A DNA stretch of 64,000 nucleotides from Amoebophrya sp. A120 (GCA_905178155.1 CAJINV010000003.1:6691612-6755611), one strand, 5' to 3'; shown: positions 12,293-25,555, numbered from the stretch's first letter. The notes: a model not told the origin generated them from the letters alone. Translations and numbers: made by a program.

Positions 12293-15161
12293 CTATCCGA
12301 ATGTGACGTAGTAGAGCCCAATAGGCATTTGGTTACTCTCTGCGGCATTTGATTCCAGAATAAGTTGAATACATGCAGTGTCGATTGCCGGCGAAAGCGC
12401 AAAAAACTGTGTGGCGGCCACATCCTGAGTTGTGAAAAAGGTATTGTCCGCCGGGGGATAGCGCACCCACTCCCATTCTTGTCGCTTTTCCTTCGCACCA
12501 GTGGAATTCGCATCGGTTGCTGTGTCAGCACCTAGCAAGTTGTCGCAACGGTGTTGAAACTGGACAAACCGTGACGAAAGCGCTGGATCCTCTTCGTTAA
12601 CTATAAATTGATCAGAAAACGTTCTCGTCTCCGGTTCCCCTGCAAGATTTTCTCCCACATCAATGTCTCTGACTGTAAGACAATCGGGGTCGCTCCTCCC
12701 AGTAGTAGTTGAAGGTGTAGCAGCCACTCCAACTCCATTTGGAAGCATAGTGGTCTTGGCGCCTTTAGTATTTTCGTTTTCTGCAGTACCGGCTAGCTTT
12801 TTCGAAACAACGTCCCGGTGATTGTCTTCTGATGGATCTTTTCTGCGTGCAGCGCGTAAGTAGAACTTGCGCACACTAAGCGGTCCCATCGGCATAGGCG
12901 GAATTTTCAATGCAACAAATCGAATGCGGCAAACATCCGCTATGTCTGTACTTACAGCATGTTCCTGTTCAGCCCCAGGAGGTGTGACAGCTTCGTCTAG
13001 CAGTTGCTCTGGTTGGTCGTGGACTGAGCCAGTCGCTCCTGTAGCCACGACGGCACAGCTGCGCTGAACGAAGTGAAAGAGTAAGCAAACGGGGCCGGTG
13101 TGCATTAGGGTCTGGTCAGAGATAAACCAGGTGCGCGCATGCTGATGCAGCACCTCCTCCAATGGAAAGTCACCGCGGTGGCTCGATGCATGCACATCGG
13201 TTGTCGACCACAGCTGTGTGATTTTATTTTTCCGCAGCTTGTAATCGCCATTTGCATAATTTGTTCGTCTTTCACTGCTCGGGTGGTAGCCTCCATGTCC
13301 ATTGTCGCTTCGATAACGATAGCCCCTTGTTGCTCCGTCATTCACTTCCGCGTCGCTGCGGCAGGAAGTGTTGGCGTTCTTGCGGTCTCTCATTTGTTCT
13401 GGTCCTGGGCACATTGCGATCTGTTGTGAGCAAGCGTCTACTTTGGTGGCGTCATTTGTAATTTCGTGCAGAATCTTTTTCCGTCCCCTTCGACTCACAA
13501 GCAGAAACGAACCAATTTGAAGCGCTAGAGGCTCTGAAAATCGACGTTCTAGCAAAAGGACCACTTGGGCAAAAGACGCGGGGCAATTTGCACCAGCGTG
13601 ATGCTGGCAGCCAAAGTCCAGTGTCGCGTGGCGAGTGAAACAGTCGTTCCGTTGGAAAAGAAGTCGGGACAGCTTTGCACGCTGGAAGCCGAGCGGCAGT
13701 TTTTTCCGCTTTGCGATGCGGGTGGCCCATCGCAGTGGCACCACATTGCTTCGCTTTACCGCTATGGTCTGCTGTTCTGTACCGCCCGCAAGGGGTTCAC
13801 TTTCTGCAAGCACATGCAGCTGTGCTGGATCAGTTTCAACATCCACCTCGTTCTCTGAATCCGAAAGATCGTGGGCTCGACCGCTTTGGTTCATCATTAC
13901 ATCTTCTGCACAAACAACAGAAGAAGCTCTGCCGCCACCCAGAAAATTCAGAGGCTTCACCAGCCGCTGCATGGCGCGTTCCGGATAGAGCTGCACCGCA
14001 ATGCGCTCAGCGTCTCGTGGTCGTTCCGAGGATACGAAAGATAGCCGCCGGGGCGGGGGTAGTGAGGTCGTGGGCGTTTTTTTGCCGACCGCCGCCTTGG
14101 CCGCGGCTTTGCTATTTCTGGGCTCGCCATACCGCCGTGAGTAACGTTATGCCGCACGGTATTGCGGCCACTTGGGAAACGTCACAAATTTTGGAACATT
14201 TCCAAAATTCCTTTCCGAAAGCCAACCCCGATGCTATGGGGCCGATCCGGGTGCCAAGGGGGGCGCCCAAAAAGCGAAGAAAAACCGGGCCCATAGCATG
14301 CGGATTGGCTTTGCGCGTCTGGAGCGCTTTTTATTTTTCGCGTTTTTATTTTTCCCGCCGGCGCTTTTTGCAAAGCTTCCCCGGCTCTAAAACCGGCGAA
14401 AAGGCGGCCGCTTTCGCGGCCGCCCAAAATGCTCCGAAATCGCGGCCGTGCCATGCTGTTTTGCTGTTCTGATTTTGGGCGCGTTTTTTGCGCGCCCCTT
14501 TTTGGGCGCCCCAAATCGCCAGAAACCAAGGCGGCGGGCGCCTCAGAAGGGCGCCCCTTTTGCCGGCTCCCCTGCGTCGTTTTATCAAGTGCGAATCGAT
14601 AGTTTTCGACCGGGCTTGTTTGCCAGCAACGCTCTGCCCGCTTGATAATTGAGAATCTTTTTTGTCAAAAAACGCTTCCGCCCGCTTGAAAACTGACGGC
14701 CGTTTTGCTGTCTGGCTGTCAAAAAAACTCCCTGGTTAGAACCGTTCGGTGACCTCACTACATATTATGCCAACATGGCCGTTGAGGTCCGGACGCTTAA
14801 CCAGTCCGTGAAAATAAACGAGAGCGCCCGGCTCGGTACCGCACTCGTAGTTCTCGGGAGCTACAGCTGGGTGGTCGAGGTTCGTGTCACTCGGTGCGAA
14901 AGTCGACGCGGAAGGCGGTCGCGGTAATGCTCCTTCTGAAGATTCTTCAGCCGCTGGCTCTACAAGGCCAGGGGCTAGAAGATTTTCCTGACGTTTCAAC
15001 GCATTATTTACTTCGTTATTAATGACGGACGTAGAGCTAGTGGGATTATTTTCAGCGGACACATTATTCGACGTTGAAGCATCCGCGGCGGGGCCGGGTG
15101 AAGCGGACGACCGCTCTTCGTGCAGACGCCGAAAGACGCCCTTCAGATTCAAGTTCACCAT
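12293..15161 (-). CDS. Hypothetical protein (~710 aa, 2 exons) with an N-terminal GLxxRPDLNG motif and a C-terminal beta-sandwich-like region
   Basis: ORFs 14736-15161 and 12293-13996 join in frame (ICSEVTER-PRDAERIAVQL) after removing 14027-14742 plus one CGTTC repeat; stop TAG at 12293. Confidence 0.7.
14027..14742. mobile_element. Non-canonical intron/insertion with a 5-bp DR but no TAT..ATA TIR; many GC-rich hairpins
   Basis: DR CGTTC at 14022-14026 and 14743-14747; removal restores the frame; internal palindromes GGCGGCCGC-TTTC-GCGGCCGCC and GGGCGCG-T6-GCGCGCCC. Confidence 0.7.
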
Positions 15162-15800
15162 TATTTGGCTGTCGCTTGCGCGTCAACAGTAAAACCAGGT
15201 GCCACTATTAAGGGGAACCATAAAAACAAACAACGATGGAGATAAAAATGAAGCTCAAGCTAGCCGATGATAGAGGGTAGGATATGGGTACTTAATAGGC
15301 GCTATGCGTTCTGGGACGATGATAAATTGAAAGGCGTCTACTTTAGCAAGAGTCTGGGAACAAATTATAAACTGCATATTAACTTGAAGATGTCTGGAGC
15401 CCTGTACTTAAGAAAAAAGTCGCTAGAACGAGAAAACTTTTTTGCGAGCGAAAATTTAAATTTATGCAGCTTCACTATATCAGCATGTTGATTCTGCTGC
15501 TTATCCGAATCCCACACTGTGTCCACTCAATTTCTCACTCACGGAATGGACAGATTTTGGGGCGTTTTATCCTTCTCTGTTCGTAGACACGCCAAACACA
15601 ACACAAAAACAAGAAGCCACTGCAGCTAGTGGCGCCGATGCGCAGCAAGCATTAGGAGGTCCTGAAAGATACGGCATACGCATAAATGTGTGAAGCTTTT
15701 TTTCCAGTAGTAACGGGCGTTGATGCGCAGAAGACATGGCGGATTCGGTACGATGAATGCTGTGAAAATGCTCGCCTCGCGTGATCGTGACAAACCAGGT

Positions 15801-18706
15801 TTATTCGTTTTCATATTGAGGCTTGAAGTTGCGTCCTTTGAGGAAGTACGGCACCGTCCTATCGCGATGGCGCAGTGGCGTGCGCAACTGGGGGTGGCCG
15901 AAGACCAGATGCCAAAATTTCATCATATTTTGGCACAGGGTTCGGGCCCGCAGATCCCACTGCATCGGGCGCGGGAAGGGAGGAATGGTGTACCCTTGGT
16001 GCGTAGTGAAGAGCAGGCGAGGGTAATCCCAGGAAATAAAAACTGGTTCACTGTGACTGTTTTCCACACGACCATGACAAATAGTTTGCCGCAGATAAAA
16101 TAAATGGCAGATCTGCGCGATTTAACACATGAGGAAGGATACCTTCCCACTGCGCGTGTGCTTCTACTTGTTCAGGGACTAAAAAAACGCCTGAATGAAC
16201 AAGAACAAAGTGGCTCGCTTGTTGCATCTCTTTTTTTACTAGCAAGGCCAGCACTTCTTCGGCGGCGTAGTGGCATTGACTTTGTGTGCGTGAGAGGCAC
16301 CAGCTCACAATGACACAAAAGCAAGATCTTGGATAGGCGTCGCGGTAGAAAGACTCTGGGCGGAGCCGGATGCGGTGCTTGGACACGATGAAGTGCGAGC
16401 AGCAGTACGATCTTGGGGCCACCTGGGGGCGGACGTTGGTCTTGAAGAGCCGCTGGAACAGGAACGTGGTTGCCGGGTGTTCGAAGGGGGACGTGTCGCG
16501 GTTGTGCGCCAGGTTCTGGTACCCCAGGTTGGGAATGTTTCCCACGAGCGCGGCGTGCAGCGCGGCCTCCAGGATGTTGTCGCTCCCGAGGGACTTCCTA
16601 CGCAAGTACCGGCTCGGGAGCTCCTCCGGGCTGGTGACGCCCTTCGCCAGCTGCTTCTCGTAGTCCGGATTCGGTCGCACGTAGGGGTCGTTTTCCACCA
16701 CCGCGGGGTGCACGCTGGGATGCGGGTCGTACTGCGTGTCCACGTTGATCATGATGTGCTCATCCGCGTCCGGGTGCACGAACATCGTGTAGTCAGCCAG
16801 GCTGGTGTACCGCTTCTCCAGAAATCCAAAGTACCCGCTGCACTCGTCCCCCCGGACGTCCTCGTCCTCGATTTGTAGGAACCGCAGCTCCTTGGTGTGG
16901 TTGAACACCTGGTGAGGCACCTGCCGCAGCTGGGGTGTGTCGCCACACTTCAAAATGACCGTGACCGTCAGGTGGATCTTGACGAACCGCGTGAAATATG
17001 CATTGCAATTATACGCCTGGGTCTGGAATCGCATGCGAATTGTGGATCGTGAAAAAATCTGTGTTGCCTGGTCATCAAAAGATGCTTACTTTTGACCAGG
17101 TTGGCAGGGAGTTTCTCATACAGGATAGACATAATAGCGATCTCGCACGACCATCTGTCATGCTAGGCGCTGCATTCTAGATCTAGACCTCATCCGTCAT
17201 GGAAAACCTGCATGAAAGATCTTGCGTTCTTCCAGACCCAGACGCATTTGCATTGGATATGAAGGCCTCCTTGTACCAGTCCAAGATGCGCGCGGCCGGC
17301 TCCTTGCAGTAGGGCAACACCAGCTCCACGGACTTTTTCTGGCTCTCGTACTGAGCCAGAAACTTCGCGTGTTTGCTGTTGCCCGGCAGAACGGACTGGA
17401 GGTGCTCCCATCCGATGTCTAGCGGCCACTTGCGAAACTCCCGCTCCCCCATTGCACCAGATTTTACCTGATTTTTTTGTAAAGGAATTCCATTTTTTAC
17501 CATTTATTACTATACTTATTCATATTTCCACCTATGATTGAGATTGACAATGCGTGTTCGAGTACGTGTTTCTTCTCTATTAAGTGGTCCAAGTCCACCT
17601 TTCTAGTTTGTCATCTGAACAATTCCACGCCGAGGCGCAACAACCTGTCGTGGAGTGACATCGGTCGAAACATCAGGTCGGTCTGGGGACTTAGCTTTCG
17701 TTGAAAACTACTTTACACAAGAAGCCAAGAAGGAGAATTAAACGCATCACATCCTCGGCCACATATTATCAGGATGAAGAAGAGCAGACAGCACCATTTC
17801 TTGCAGCTGGGCGGTGTACTGCAGGAGCCCAAAGAAGGCGCTATGCAGCGGCTTCATGGCCAAGTCCTCTTCGAGCTTGATCAGAATGGTGACCAGAACC
17901 GCGGGGGGACACAGGTTTTTGTGTGTCACCCAGTTGGCCACGGCCTTGGCGTGGGCCTGAAACATCCGCGGATGCGTTTCCTGGAATTTGAAGTAGATCC
18001 ACGCGTCGCGGCGGTAGTTGCGAAAAAAAGTGTTTTCGCACCCGAACAGCGTGTTCCGGTCCGAAACGTTTACCCGTGGCTGGAAGCAGCACACGTCGTA
18101 GGAGTAAATCTCGTCCCAGCAGGCCTTATTGCCGCGGACCCCGTCCGCACCGGCCCCGTAGTCCAGGCAGCAATCTTCGTACGCGAAGGCCCCGTCCTCG
18201 AAACAAAGCGGATTCCCCAGCGTGTCGCCATCGGTGTGAGCTGCCGCAGCCTGCGCGTCTGCATCCACTGCACCAAAAACCCTAGGACTGCTCTTTGTCG
18301 TTGGGAGCATTTTTTCCGTCTTCTGGTACACGTCAACATGATCCTGACTTCGAGTTGACGATGATGAAGCTGCTTCGTCCAACATCGGGGTTTCGGCCGG
18401 TGTGCTGGGTGATGATGTTTTCGACGTGGAATGAACAGAGGTGGACGATCCTCTATTTCTTGCTTTACTGGCATCTTGAACACTTCTTCTCGCTGCGGTT
18501 GTTCTTTTGCCAGGAGCGATGTTCGCTTCAACAGCTTTGTTGACATCACTTGTCGTTCCGTTGGTCGTTTCATCATCCTCTTCCGCGAAAAACTCGCGGC
18601 GCTCCTGCTCTTCCCCGTTAAAATCATCGTCCCACGTAGTCGACTGCACGAGGACCCACAACAGGAATCCGACCTGCAGACCAAATTGCCACCGACATCC
18701 TCCCAT
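15801..18706 (-). CDS. Secreted DUF3431-family (glycosyltransferase-like) protein, 4 exons
   Basis: Signal peptide MGGCRWQFGLQVGFLLWVLV; GNPLCF..CC/GNKACW..CC motif; DUF3431-like YTMFVHPDADEH, YCCSHFIVSKHRIRLRPESFY, FWHLVFG. GT-AG intron 17468-17794, introner 16997-17259, last intron (~16024-16335) imprecise. Confidence 0.78.
16997..17259. mobile_element. Introner, family B-related
   Basis: TATGCATTGCAA..CTGGGTCTGGAA / TTCCAGACCCAGACGCATTTGCATTGGATA; DR TGAAA/TGAAG; joins KEAF-TRFVKI. Confidence 0.88.
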
Positions 18707-19733
18707 CGATACATAATTCTTAGTTCACCACAAGAAAAATGACGGAGAAGAGGAACGCATCAAAACAAAAGAACCAGAGCTGAATGCTTTGAATCTTCTT
18801 TGAATAACCGCTGGGCCTGGACGAATCGAACGGAGTCTGTGTCTGTTCAATGGAGTGACGAAGAAAATAAAGAAAACCTTATTAACGAACTGAACCGAGC
18901 CTCAACATATGGAAAGTACAACTGAAAAGCCAGAAGTCGAAGTGCCGAATGACAATGAAAACCAACGAGGAAAGACGAAAAATAGTATGAGTGGCCCCAC
19001 TTTGATTTTGTTGCGCCAACTCGAAAAAAGGCACGATCGATGATGTGATCATTTCCTAGTGGCGGAGCCAAACGTGCAATGCTTGGGCACAAGAAAAACT
19101 CAGAATCGACGGTGCTGGATGGAACAGGAGGCTAGTGTATGATCATACGATCGAGGACAATACGAATGGATCGGCTCACAAGACACGGAGAAGCCAATTC
19201 GTGCTTAGTGATGTGCGCGATCATCAACGCGACCAAATGCTGGATGTGAACACGTCGTAGCGTGCTGCACACGGTTCATCTGATAACTGCCTCGCAGCGC
19301 TCCGCATCCACCACACACTTCTGTCGACTGATCGGGCATGAGCTACAATCTTCTTGTCGTTACATTGGGTTGGTCTTGGTTACGCCAAGCGATTTACATT
19401 TATGATGTTGCATTTACACATATTACATATACAAACATACTAGTGAAACAAAAAAATTATATTTATTTCACATGGGGACTTTAGTCAGCACTCAGCACGA
19501 CCATGAAGCCATCTATAATAGCGCGACATGGCGGGCACTGCAAAATCGAACGCTTCTTCTCGGTTTATTCAAATTTTCGGTGGCACTAAAAGAATGTATC
19601 ACAGCTCAACTCTGTCAGGGCAGAGCGTGGTCTTGACCTCGCCACCTTATCTTCATTCATGTACAAGAGAAAGGATACTTACATAATTACAGAAAGGACA
19701 GCGCTGGTTTTTTGTGGGCCGGGTTTTCGCAGC

Positions 19734-22060
19734 TCAGACAGACTGCTGAGGTTCTTCAAGGACGTGTGAAACTTGAGACAGGCGGTCCGCGGTGGCGGCC
19801 CGGTTCAACGTAGTTTGCTTCATCGCGTCGAGCATTTGCTGTTGTGCGTTCATCTTGTAGCAGAAAAAAATCGTTAAAAGGGCCCCGAAAAGAAGTGCGG
19901 CTCCGCCCAGCCCGAGAGCAACGATGATCATCATCTTGGCTGTTTCCGTCTCGTCGGCATTTTGCGAAATCACCGACTGGGCAACGCTGTCTTTCAGAGG
20001 TGCCTTCATCTGCTCCACCGACTGAGAGTATGAAAATTTTTTTTAGTAAGTCTAAGTTGGTTCGCGTTCGCATGTTCTAGTAGCGAGATGTACCACGTTG
20101 AAAAAGAAAAAAGGCCGCTGCAATCAGCGCATAAGCGAGGTAAAAATTTGCAAACGAGCCGAGACGCAAGGGCACAACGGAAGTTGTAGCACGAGAAGTA
20201 GTTTTGAGTCACAATCTGAAAAAAGTATGTACTGAACTACATCAACCTGCTCTACTTTAATAGTACCTGCTGTGCTTGTGTGGTAGCCGCGTTTAGGGCG
20301 TCCGCCGTGACCTGCTGCAACGAGTCCTGTTCGACCTTGGCGGCAACCATATCTCGCAGCTGCGCAACCTTGTCCACGACCTGCTGATTCAAATTCTGCT
20401 CCAGTCCCCCCAGCTGCCGCTCCGTGACGCTTTGTCGCCCTCCGAGCTTCTCAATTTCACCCTTCTGAAGCTGCAAGCTCTGCCGAGTGCTGGTGTTGTC
20501 CTCCTCTTGTTTTTGCGATTGGGTTTTCTGTCCATCTTCGAGCTGCGTCAGCCTTCTTTCAACCTGATCCGGATCCAAGGTCGTCCCCGCCACCATGCCC
20601 GGTGTCACCGCCCCCAGCTCGCCGTTGGGCCCCACGTTGGAAGCGACAGCCTGCTCGGATACTGATGGGGACGAGGGGGGAATGCTCGCTGCCGTTGTGC
20701 TTGTTGCCATGAGCCCCATTTGGGCTTCTCCGGTTGTTGCACCGCCCGCAGGCGGAGCGGGACTTCGTGGCGGCGCCGATGCAGCATCTTCAGAGGGACT
20801 GCGAGTACTACCTACTGGAGGGCCCAATACGGAGGGAGAATTCGAATTGGCAGCAGCAGAGAGGGGCGCGGCGGTTGTGCCTCCATTGACGGGTAACGAG
20901 TCAGGGAATGTGGGATTGCGTACTACTTCTGGGGAAGTCGCGCCACCGTCAACAGTGCCAGACGGCGTTGCTGGTTGACTGGGGAACGCGTCACCAGTGC
21001 GGGAGTTCGTCGCCGTTGATGGGAACGCTGGTCCGCCTTCGGTATTCGGAGGTGCAGTGGCGGAAGGTGCAGTGTCAGGAGCCGGACGAGGCACTGTGGA
21101 GGCAGCAGTACTATCCGGCGCCTTAGCTGCTTCTGGCGCTGAAACCCCTGCGTCACCTTGAAGAACTTGCGACGGATCCTCTGGTGGTGAGTTCTTGCTT
21201 GTATCTCTTTCCGGGTCCGGCGTTGGTGCCGCAGTGCGGCTCTGCGTATTCGCTTCGTTATCGCTGGTGCTCTCACTCGGGGGGGTTTGGCTTTGGACGC
21301 TATCCGGCTGTGGTTGTAGTTCAGCACTGGTGACACCTGTATCAGGAGAAGAAGTACTGGCGGACCCTGTATCTCCTGCACCTGGTACTTCTTGTGTGTG
21401 CGTATTCTTGCTGTTAATGTTATCACTTCCAGTTGCCGACGTAGCCTGTGGCGCAGCGTCGGACGCCGTTTCCTCTGCGCCAGAAGATGTCGAAGGTGAG
21501 TCAGGGAGAGCTGCTGCTGCAGGCACCGCGGACGAAGGCGTGCCGTCAACAGGCGGGGACGCAGCAGCTGCTGTGTTATCTGCACTGATTTCCAAAGCCA
21601 CACCGTGCGGCTCCTTGCGCATCCTTCGCTCGCGGTCCGGTGCGGGTATCTGTGAACATTGATTTTTGGTTTCAAACGAGTGGAGGTTCCTCCCGGGAAA
21701 CGGAAACAAAATCGTTTGCATTAATCTCACTTTGGAGAAGAAATGAATCGGCGTCACCATGATTTTTTTTGTAGTCGTTGAAATTTGTCATTGTCATGTG
21801 CAATTACAAGTTGCGCATTTTATCGTCGAGAGTCATACCTTCGCGTTTTGGTTGTTGTTTTCCCGTTCATGTTTTGCAGCCAACACGAAGTCCGATGAGG
21901 TCCTGCAGCACGCATATGCAATTATTATCATTCGTGCGAAAGATATGAGCGTGGTGCTAGGCACGGGCTTTCGCTGGGGGCTGATGCAGCCGCGGTACCG
22001 AATAGGAAAATGCGTCCTGTCCATCATCATGCCAGTCTTCAACTTCATACGCATCCACAT
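19734..22060 (-). CDS. Type I membrane/surface protein: signal-like N-terminus, S/T/P/A-rich mucin-like stalk, coiled coil, C-terminal TM helix; 3 exons
   Basis: GT-AG joins NQNAK|IPAPDR and QAQQ|SVEQMK; ORFs 20252-21760 and 19734-20018; TM segment IIVALGLGGAALLFGALLTIFFC. Confidence 0.7.
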
Positions 22061-22684
22061 CTTTGTGCTTTGGTTCACCGGAGCCACGATTTTCTAATTC
22101 GATTTCTGATAGCAAACCATCTGAAATGAACTGATAGACCTGTATGATGAATAACTTTCCGGGTAGCTTTTTTTCGATTGATGTACTTGTGAACTTTATA
22201 ATTTTGCACGAAGGAAGCTCGACTGCTGATTGAAGTGGCGAACTTATATATTACAGCCTACGGCAGAGTAGACGAGAGTACGCTTTTTTTATCTTTGTTT
22301 CAAGCACAAAAAAAATATATGTTTGATGTTGAATAATGTCACTCACACAGGCGTTTCCGTCTCTACTCAACGAGTTTCAACAACGAGCCAAACTCAGCAG
22401 CTCGCTATTGTAGTGCTAGTGGGGTCTTCTCCTCTCGAACGAATATTCGTGCGGACCGGGATAATTGTCTGGAACGAATTTTCTACTTAAAAAGGTGCGA
22501 ACAACACGAGACGAAATCACGCCCCCATCGTGTTAGTTCAACATGATGTGCTAATAACGAGTGATCTTCGACGGCAATAGCGAAAAAGCCTCTCATCAGC
22601 AGGTCGCTAGGTCCCCTACTCACAGGGTCTCTGAGGGTATCAAACAGTTCCTCTTCGTTGAAGGCCGTTTAAACAGCTCTTCTT

Positions 22685-25555
22685 CTAATATAAGTTGACG
22701 AATTGCTGCGCGGTGTCATTAAGCATCTCGCGACCGCACCACGTGTCATCGAAGAAAATGCAGGGGACACGGCGCGCGGAAATCGCGTCCTCACGTGTAT
22801 GCGCTGCAACGTCATAGGAGCGGCGACGATGATTGGAGGCCGCCGCCGCGCCGCTCTCGATAACTTGCTGCGCCAGTATTGCAGAGGACCACAGTGTGAC
22901 GTTCCGATTGCTTTCTCGGTCACGCCGGTGGGCCTGCAGGCGGTATAGGACATCCAACCTCGTTGGGTCGATCCTTAAGACGCCACTCATCCGGAGCCGC
23001 CGACACGCGAAGCCGTGCGAAAAATTTTCGTGGTCTACCTGCGGATCGAAGAAGTGGGCACTGAGATTCCGAAAGTACGTTTCCCAAGTTGCCTGAGCAT
23101 ACCTGGTGGGTCCCAGCTCCGCGCTGCAGTCAAACACGCCGGTATTCACTTCGTCGTCTACTTCTGCGGACACCAGCGGGCGTTGCCTCCGTGTGGGATG
23201 GCCGCCAGCAAGCCACCCCCGCTCCCCCAGTGCTTTCGTGTTGTTCAACCGGAAGGCGGTTATAAGTCCAACGAGGAGCTGCTCCTCATCAAGGGGAGCA
23301 ACACCTCCTTGATGACTGCTGGACGTTGTGGGTGCTGCCTCGTCAGAATTCTGCTGAAGCAATGGCAAAACCACGTTTGCTGCACGACCCAGCGCTCCTG
23401 TAAACTTCACAAATGGCGGGGTGGAATCGCTTGCACTCGCAGCTCTACTAGTTGACGTTTTCTTCTGAAGATTGTCAGACGCCTGGCTTTTTTCTGCCAG
23501 ATGAAACACCTGGTGATGAAGTTCGCGGGCGCGGTCGTAATAGTCCCGACGCACGTGCACCGAGCACAGCATGCGCTTCTTGGCATACTCGTCTCTGGGG
23601 CCCAGGCGCGGGTAGAAGTTTTGGTACTGCCAAGCACACTTTTCCTGCGCTACCGGTTCAGGATGTACAAACCAAAAATCGTTGTTAGTAACCTGCTGAC
23701 TGCTCTTAGCGGATATTTTAGGAGCCACCATCAATCTATGAATTTGGGATGAAAACGAATCTTCAGTTGCTTCAGCTTGTTTCAATGCGGAACCCCCGCC
23801 GGTACTATAATCAGTCTTATCTTTTCCTCCAGCAGAAAAAGCTTGCGAAATGAGGTAGACGATGTCGGGATTGATGTAAATGTCAGCCGTCGTCGCTCCC
23901 CGGACGTAAAGTCGGCTGTCGCGTTCCTGAGATTTCGACATCTCTTGCTCTTGGTCGGAGAGTTGTGAGCCGTTCATTTTACTCGAAGCTTCTCGACGGC
24001 GGCGGTCGATTCGGCTGTCAAGGAGAAATTGCGTGCACTCGTAGCGTCCTACAACGAGCTGGTAGTACTCAACAATCCGGCTGACTACCAGCTCCGCCGC
24101 TAGGCGCGTATTCGCGTCTCGCTGCAGCACCCAGAGCTGCCACATCCGGAACAATGTTTCCGAAACCATAGCAGAAAGTTTGGCTAGAGCGACGCGAGAG
24201 CTGCCTGGTTGCTCCTTCACATCTTCGCGGAGACGAGGATGTAATTCATGATGTTGGTGTGGTGCAGATCCCAGCCCCTCCTGCTTCATTTCTTGCCGTG
24301 CACCGTCAACTAATTGGAGTAGTCTTTCGCGAAGCAACTCGAAAGGAAATTGTAATACGCTGCCGAAGTGGCCGCGAAATGGACCACGATCCTGAAAGCG
24401 GTCGAAATACTTGTCCAGGTGCGCGAACCGTACGGTGGCCGTTCGGTCCTGAAGGCCGCCGTAATCTGCGCACATAGGAACCCAGAGGTCGACTTTTGGT
24501 CGCGCCCGATTCCACACCGCATACTGCGCACGAGAGGCCGGTCGCGCAAAGCTGTCGGCGACTTGGGACTCCAGCATCTTCGCTGGAGGGTGGGGGAATG
24601 CCCAGAATAAGTCGTTCCGTGTGAACACAACCCAGTCATACGTGCGTCGCTGCGCACGAATCAGCGCTGCACACCGTGCCTTGTTGTGGTGGTTGAGGAG
24701 GTCGTAGCGGAAGTTACCCCGGGCGGCAGCCCCGTCGCCGGAAAACACGTCTTCGTAGACTTGCGGATGGATCTCGGTGAGCACTTTGTCGCGCTGCCGG
24801 TCGATTTGCTTCAGCTGCTGCACCTTTTTTGGAAAAAGCGCCGAACTCCGGTGACGCCAGCGCGCGGCACTGTGGTACAACGGCTCCGCTGCGTGTTTGC
24901 GTGCGGCTGCACGAAAGAACTTTATTTTGTGCGTTCTTGCGCTGCTTGTTGTGCGCAATTGTTCGCGAATTTTTTCAGTCCTCGCCTGCTTTGATGTTGT
25001 AGTTGGTTCGCCCGCAGGGCTTCCGACGCTTTCAAATTCGAGTACAGTGTCCACCGCGCGCAGTCGTGGGCCGAAAAAATACGAAAAATACTCCCCCGCA
25101 TAGGCCTGGAACGCATCTTCATATGAGGGCTCCTTGATCTCGTCGTGGCGATCGCGAAGATAAAAATCTTCGACCGCCGGCGTCCGTTCGTCATCTCCTC
25201 TTCCATGCGTTAAAATGATTTCTTGGACGTCCTGAAGAACGAAATCGCGGGTAGCTTCGCTCACAGCAGCGACCACCACGACGTCGGCTTGCAACGCATC
25301 GACGGCATTGACCGCTATGGACTGCAACGATTTCGGGAAAGTCCGGTGCAACGCCCCCTCGACGCAGACCACCGCCTTCGCGGCGTCGGATCCGCGTGAC
25401 GAAGTCGAAGCTGCATGAAGATATGCTTTCCCTTTCGCATCGGCGGCCACAACAAGGAAAGTTGCAAGGGTACAACTTGCCAGGAACACACTGGTTGCGC
25501 CCGGCAACCCGCGTCGTACCCGGAGAGAATGCAAGCTTCCGTCCCTCTTTGTCAT
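22685..25555 (-). CDS. Secreted/Golgi glycosyltransferase-like protein, 956 aa, single exon
   Basis: N-terminal hydrophobic segment; motifs AVVCVEGALHRTF, YDWVVFTRNDLFWAFPHPP and DYGGLQDR resemble algal GT-A-like families (recalled, not searched). Confidence 0.65.
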   Translation of the reverse strand: MTKRDGSLHSLRVRRGLPGATSVFLASCTLATFLVVAADAKGKAYLHAASTSSRGSDAAKAVVCVEGALHRTFPKSLQSIAVNAVDALQADVVVVAAVSEATRDFVLQDVQEIILTHGRGDDERTPAVEDFYLRDRHDEIKEPSYEDAFQAYAGEYFSYFFGPRLRAVDTVLEFESVGSPAGEPTTTSKQARTEKIREQLRTTSSARTHKIKFFRAAARKHAAEPLYHSAARWRHRSSALFPKKVQQLKQIDRQRDKVLTEIHPQVYEDVFSGDGAAARGNFRYDLLNHHNKARCAALIRAQRRTYDWVVFTRNDLFWAFPHPPAKMLESQVADSFARPASRAQYAVWNRARPKVDLWVPMCADYGGLQDRTATVRFAHLDKYFDRFQDRGPFRGHFGSVLQFPFELLRERLLQLVDGARQEMKQEGLGSAPHQHHELHPRLREDVKEQPGSSRVALAKLSAMVSETLFRMWQLWVLQRDANTRLAAELVVSRIVEYYQLVVGRYECTQFLLDSRIDRRRREASSKMNGSQLSDQEQEMSKSQERDSRLYVRGATTADIYINPDIVYLISQAFSAGGKDKTDYSTGGGSALKQAEATEDSFSSQIHRLMVAPKISAKSSQQVTNNDFWFVHPEPVAQEKCAWQYQNFYPRLGPRDEYAKKRMLCSVHVRRDYYDRARELHHQVFHLAEKSQASDNLQKKTSTSRAASASDSTPPFVKFTGALGRAANVVLPLLQQNSDEAAPTTSSSHQGGVAPLDEEQLLVGLITAFRLNNTKALGERGWLAGGHPTRRQRPLVSAEVDDEVNTGVFDCSAELGPTRYAQATWETYFRNLSAHFFDPQVDHENFSHGFACRRLRMSGVLRIDPTRLDVLYRLQAHRRDRESNRNVTLWSSAILAQQVIESGAAAASNHRRRSYDVAAHTREDAISARRVPCIFFDDTWCGREMLNDTAQQFVNLY

